The translations under genes were made by a program, and so were the position numbers. From NCBI GenBank assembly GCA_044892525.1, contig CM097885.1, positions 18,292,001-18,356,000 on the forward strand: 64,000 nt of DNA, read 5' to 3'. Source of the stretch: Schmidtea polychroa (lineage: Eukaryota). The notes beneath the pieces are model-generated. The model saw only the letters and a list, made by a program, of their open reading frames with translations, was not told the origin of the DNA and made no database searches. Below, in pieces: positions 57,937 to 64,000 of the stretch. Numbering within the stretch: position 1 is the stretch's first letter; the number at the start of each line of letters is the position of its first letter.

Positions 57937-59210
57937 AAGTAGTTCTAGTAATAGAACTCATCTGTTTATTGATTTTTAGCCACTGGGCACATTACCAACA
58001 TGGGTACACGAATTGTAGGAAGTAAAATAACCATGAAGGCGTTTAGAAGAGAGCTGTTGACAAGTCTGTCAGCAACCATGGAACATGTAAACAACACTTC
58101 TCTAAACGGCAACAAAATAAAAAGTGAAAGAACCATTGTAATAGAAGATAAATTAACACGGGATATGATAAAGAGTCATTAAGTATAATATGGAGTCGGT
58201 GAATCTACTAGGTTATGTTTAAAGAAAGAACAAAAAATAATCGGAAAATTTTATAAAAATGAATGAATAAAAAATCCTCCTCATTAACAGACACACAAAA
58301 AACAAGCAAAATATTCCCAGCTAGATGGTGCATTATGTATGCAATTCATGTAGAAAAGAACATCTGGTATACTAATTAGTGGTTTGATTCTAAAAGAGAA
58401 GGCTTTGACATTTTCTTCAAAAATTATCAATTTTATGAGATTTATTTATTTGTGTTACCCTCGGCTTGTCCGGATTATTTTTTATTTCTTTTGGTCTGGG
58501 CTAATCGGGCTTTTACCGTTATCCCTTTATTTATTTAACTGCAACCTAACGCATCTAAATATTTATTGATTGATAGAAATTTAATATGAAGAACAAAGCA
58601 ATAAAGATTTTAAATAAAATCAAAATCCAATTTGTATTGATTAAATGCAATTTAATGTACCTGAATTTTGATTGGTTGATGCAAAAGTAATTTTGCAAAC
58701 AGGACAATGTGTAATTGATACCAAAGTTTATATATAATATAATATTTATATATATATATATATATACATTAATATAATATTTATATACATTTATATAAAA
58801 AGCCTAATCAACGTCCATTAGATGATTATCAATTGCCGGTTGGTGTACAAGCTGGTACTTTAAAGGTTTATGATTAGACTATTTAACATAAAATAATTTT
58901 AACCCCAATTGAACTGATTTATAAATCAAATTGTTAATTATCTATTTAAGTGCAAATAAATGCACCCAAATATATATTGATTGATGCAAAGCCAATTTAA
59001 AAACAGGAAAATACGTAGATGACATTAAAAATTAGCCAGCACCCAGACTAATCAATTATGTTTATTACTATATTTATTTGTATTATATTTAATTCAAAGA
59101 AATAATTCATAGGACAAAGAAATTTATTTAACTAAACCACATTAAATTTATAACATTATAGTCAGGTCCAAAAATATCTAAACTATCCCAAACTAAAGCC
59201 TTAGAAGTGT

Positions 59211-60279
<1,069 letters not shown>

Positions 60280-60746
60280 TTATTATCTAGAGAAGAAAAT
60301 AACTACGCAAATTAATAAAGTAGTACGTGATTACCTCAACTTTTATAACTATGTTTAAATAAAATTTATAAATATATTGTAGATTTAGTAAAACAAGTTC
60401 TAAAGTTAACTTGTTGAAAATCGTTAAATGATTAAATTATTGACAAATCGTTATAATAAATATTACATATTAAAAAATCAATTATTACACAATTATATAT
60501 TGTAATTATATGATTAAAATATATAATTATAGTTGATTATTATTGATTATTATAGTTATATTTCATACTTTAAAGAATTACAAAATAAATATTCAAATTA
60601 TAATTTTAATTTAATCATATATAGCAGTAATAAATAATAAATTCAAAACCTGGTCTCAATTTAATGTTCTCAAATTGTAATTACACTTTGCGTCATCATA
60701 TAGAGAAATTCATAAAGTGTAAATAGTAAACGACTGCTTTTAAAAG

Positions 60747-61066
60747 GGGGCTGTCCATAAAGTACGTTACGCTATTTTTGACCATTTCGAACCCCCTTCC
60801 TTCCCATGTCACAAACTGCCACAAATCTCGGACCTTCTCCCCTAAAGTACGTCACACTTTCGAAGAAATATTTTTTAATTAACACCTAATTAAAATTTAT
60901 TCTAAAGATAATATAATATTTCATAAATTTTACTAACTAAAAGAAACATGAAATAAAATTAAAAAAATAAATATGTGACACCACACATGGCCTCTTTCTT
61001 CCCCTGTCACAAACCATCACATTTTCTTACACCCCCTGGAACGTGACATACTTTTTGGACGGCCCC
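60747..61066. mobile_element. MITE (PIF/Harbinger-like ends) upstream of GAPDH
   Basis: GGGGCTGTCCATAAAGTACGTTACG / CGTGACATACTTTTTGGACGGCCCC. Confidence 0.7.
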
Positions 61067-64000
61067 AAATGATATCATTTATCTAAAAATGAAATTAAAA
61101 AAATTGCAGGTTGAAAATTTATTTCGTTTCTATGACCTCAATTTAACCTTGACCTCCAGACACCACATAATCTTACTGTCTTCCCATTGTTATGTCCATA
61201 GTTACTGCCTTTGACAAAGAATAAGTGGTCAGGTGAGCTACGTTACTAAAACTATATCCCATTAAATTCTCACTTATGTATATTCTTAGTTTATTTATAT
61301 ACTTTAATTATACATTTTTGTTTGTAATCGAAAATGTAAAATATTTTATTTTACCATTAAAAGTGTGTGAATGATCATCCCAAGTGTTACGCATTCAATT
61401 ACTGTTTTTTTAGAATTTTTAATTTTGGAACAAAAATTGGTGGTGTCAATTCGATAACAGTAGAATTCATAAAATTCCTTTACATTTGTTGAGGTCTCAA
61501 CCTAACTGGTTCTTATATAAAATACAAATAAATACTGATTACCAAATATATATTTACTAACAAAATTTACCAGCAATATAGCTTTAAAAATATCGAACGT
61601 AACTTTACCAAATTCAAAAAAAAATATTGAGTTTATTACACAAAAAGGTGCGTGCTATTAAGTTGTTTTTATGTTGAGGTCTCAATATTTGAGATGCTCA
61701 ACTTTGCTGGTTATTATATAAATAAAACACAAGTCTCAATATAAATGTTTATTATCAATAAAATTGACCAAAAATAAGCAGTTTCAGTTGTTAGGGTATA
61801 TATACTGTTTTTTAAACTTTATAAATAAAATATTTTATCTCCGGCTTATACGCACGGAATATTAATATATTAATTATATTTGTTTTCATACTATATTGCA
61901 TTTGTTGAGGTCTCGATATTCAAAAACACTCAACTTGCCTGGTTCTTAAATAAATTCAAAATATAAAAACAAGTCTGTATATAAATATTTATTGAATAAC
62001 AAAAATTTACCCAAAATAAACACTCGAATTGATAATTATTTCCAAATCAAATATTCGAACACTTCTTGTTCTTAAAATCTTTTCAAAATTACAATTATCG
62101 AACAGTTAAAATGAATGCAATAAATGTATTTGGTTATTATATTTTGTAATGAATGCTGTGTTATAAAATTAATGCGTTAAAAAGAAATTATGTGAGACTT
62201 TTTGATATGTCTCGGGGTTTAATTTATTCTCAGGAATGCCCTTTGAATATTTTCGACGCGAATTTTTGGCTAATTTTTATGATTATTGTTTGGGTATTTA
62301 TACAATTCCCAGAATTAATAAATAAAAAGATTTTAATTTCCGGCTTATATGCACGGAATATTGTTAATTATATTACATATAAATATTTCATTATTATTTT
62401 TTTTAAAAGCAGATGTTTTCTGATTTATAATATTTTTAAACTATATTAATTTCCGGCTTGTACGCACGGAATAATGTTATAATAATGTTATAATAATATT
62501 ATATATTTTTAATTTTATAATAATATTTTCGTGCAATAGTTATATTAATATTTCAGTGACGAAATTTCTAATAGTACTTAATTATTTTTTTGTAATTATT
62601 AATTTACCCTTTTTGTAATAATATTAAATATGCATAAGGAAAGATATATCCCAAACCGTATATTAAATAAATCAAACTACTTAATAATATATACAATATT
62701 CTACATAATATCAATTAATAAAAATGTACACAGATAATCAAAAATTCTAAATAGTTAATAATAACACGAGGGATAATCACAAATGATTGTCAGTTGAATA
62801 ATTGTCCGTTCGATATATACAATGGATTTACGAATGATTGTCAGCTCGAAATATACATTGCATTGGATTGGATTGATATTGTTGGCCTTTCATGATGATT
62901 TATTGTCTTTTTTCGGCGCATATGTTGACTCTGTAACTCTCAGGCTCCGTTCTGTAATACTTATTGAGGGTAAATTTGGTGATGGGCCTACCCTCATCAT
63001 CCAACACATGTTATAAAATTAATATCTTATTGCGTGTTATATTTTAATATAATATTAATATCTTATATACTATTATATAATAAAGATATGTTTTGCACTT
63101 CTAATAGTAATGATTTTTTATACTAATGGTTTATTTAAATTTTAGAATAATATTATAATTAGTTAATATCAATGTTTTATTCATTTAGTCCCTTTTTATT
63201 TAAATGTTAAGTATGTCATAAAATATAATTTTTTAATAAAATTTACTAGATGAGATAAATCACAAAGAATGATCAATTATTAGCTAAATATATAGAATAA
63301 AAGTTAACCAATATACACAGAATGAAGAAATTTATAACATAAAGGAGTCAGTTGTCATAGAAATAAAAATAGAAATAGTCATGAAGCACATAAAATATGA
63401 AACCGTCACATATATTAAATAGTCAATGTTGCTAGACTTGATAGCATGAGGGGTAATTGATTGTTTCTGGATGGACTGTTTCTGGACGAATATTGCCTGG
63501 ATTGTATTGTTTTCCAATGATTCACTTTATTGCCTTTCTTTGGCACATATATTAACCCTATATTTTCAGGGCCTCGTCTTATAGTATTTATTGAGGGTGA
63601 ATGTGGTGATGGGCCTACCCTCATCATACAAAATTTATGTTGTATTGAATGCTATGTGGTTTATAGCTACATTATGTAACTTTATCTATTTGAATTTCCC
63701 TTAACGATTTTAATTATTAAGCAGTAATCACATCAATTAAGTAGTAAGCGCACCGAGAAAACTTTGGCTTTATTCAGTTTGCAAAATATTTGGATATTAA
63801 GATTAGAAAGCAAGAGTCTTGTAAAGATCCTTTAAATGAACTTTGTCAATGAATCTTCTATTGGTACTTCTATCCAAGAAATGAGCAACTTAGCAGGTCC
63901 AGTTGGTTCTCAAATTTATTTAAGGATTTCACTCAACCTGAACAGCACCAACATCATTCGTGATAGAGGGGTTTGGTTAAAATGTGTTTAGGTTCAGCTT

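Overview
AT-rich eukaryotic genomic DNA, probably a planarian flatworm (inferred from composition, 44-54 bp introns and the GAPDH sequence). (1) 1-11484: the right part of an endogenous Polinton/Maverick (adintovirus-like) virus. It carries an A32-like packaging ATPase that runs off the left edge, an adenovirus pX-like core protein, an adenain protease, a penton, a fibre-like protein, membrane and HTH/Zn-finger proteins, and a protein-primed PolB with vOTU and EndoVII domains. Several of these genes are broken by small lesions. Its end is unusual: an AGTAGT...ACTACT-bounded 353-bp module containing a 110-bp tandem repeat. Two short motifs (27 bp and 15 bp) are copied in-frame into unrelated viral genes. 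(2) 11.5-17 kb: a second, divergent Polinton PolB remnant, a Penelope retroelement and a hAT end. (3) 17724-54747: a 10-exon glypican gene (751 aa by my manual splicing) with a long GSG-bearing stalk; its introns hold satellites, MITEs and DNA-transposon relics. (4) GAPDH on the minus strand at 59211-60273. All calls come from manual reading; no searches were run.
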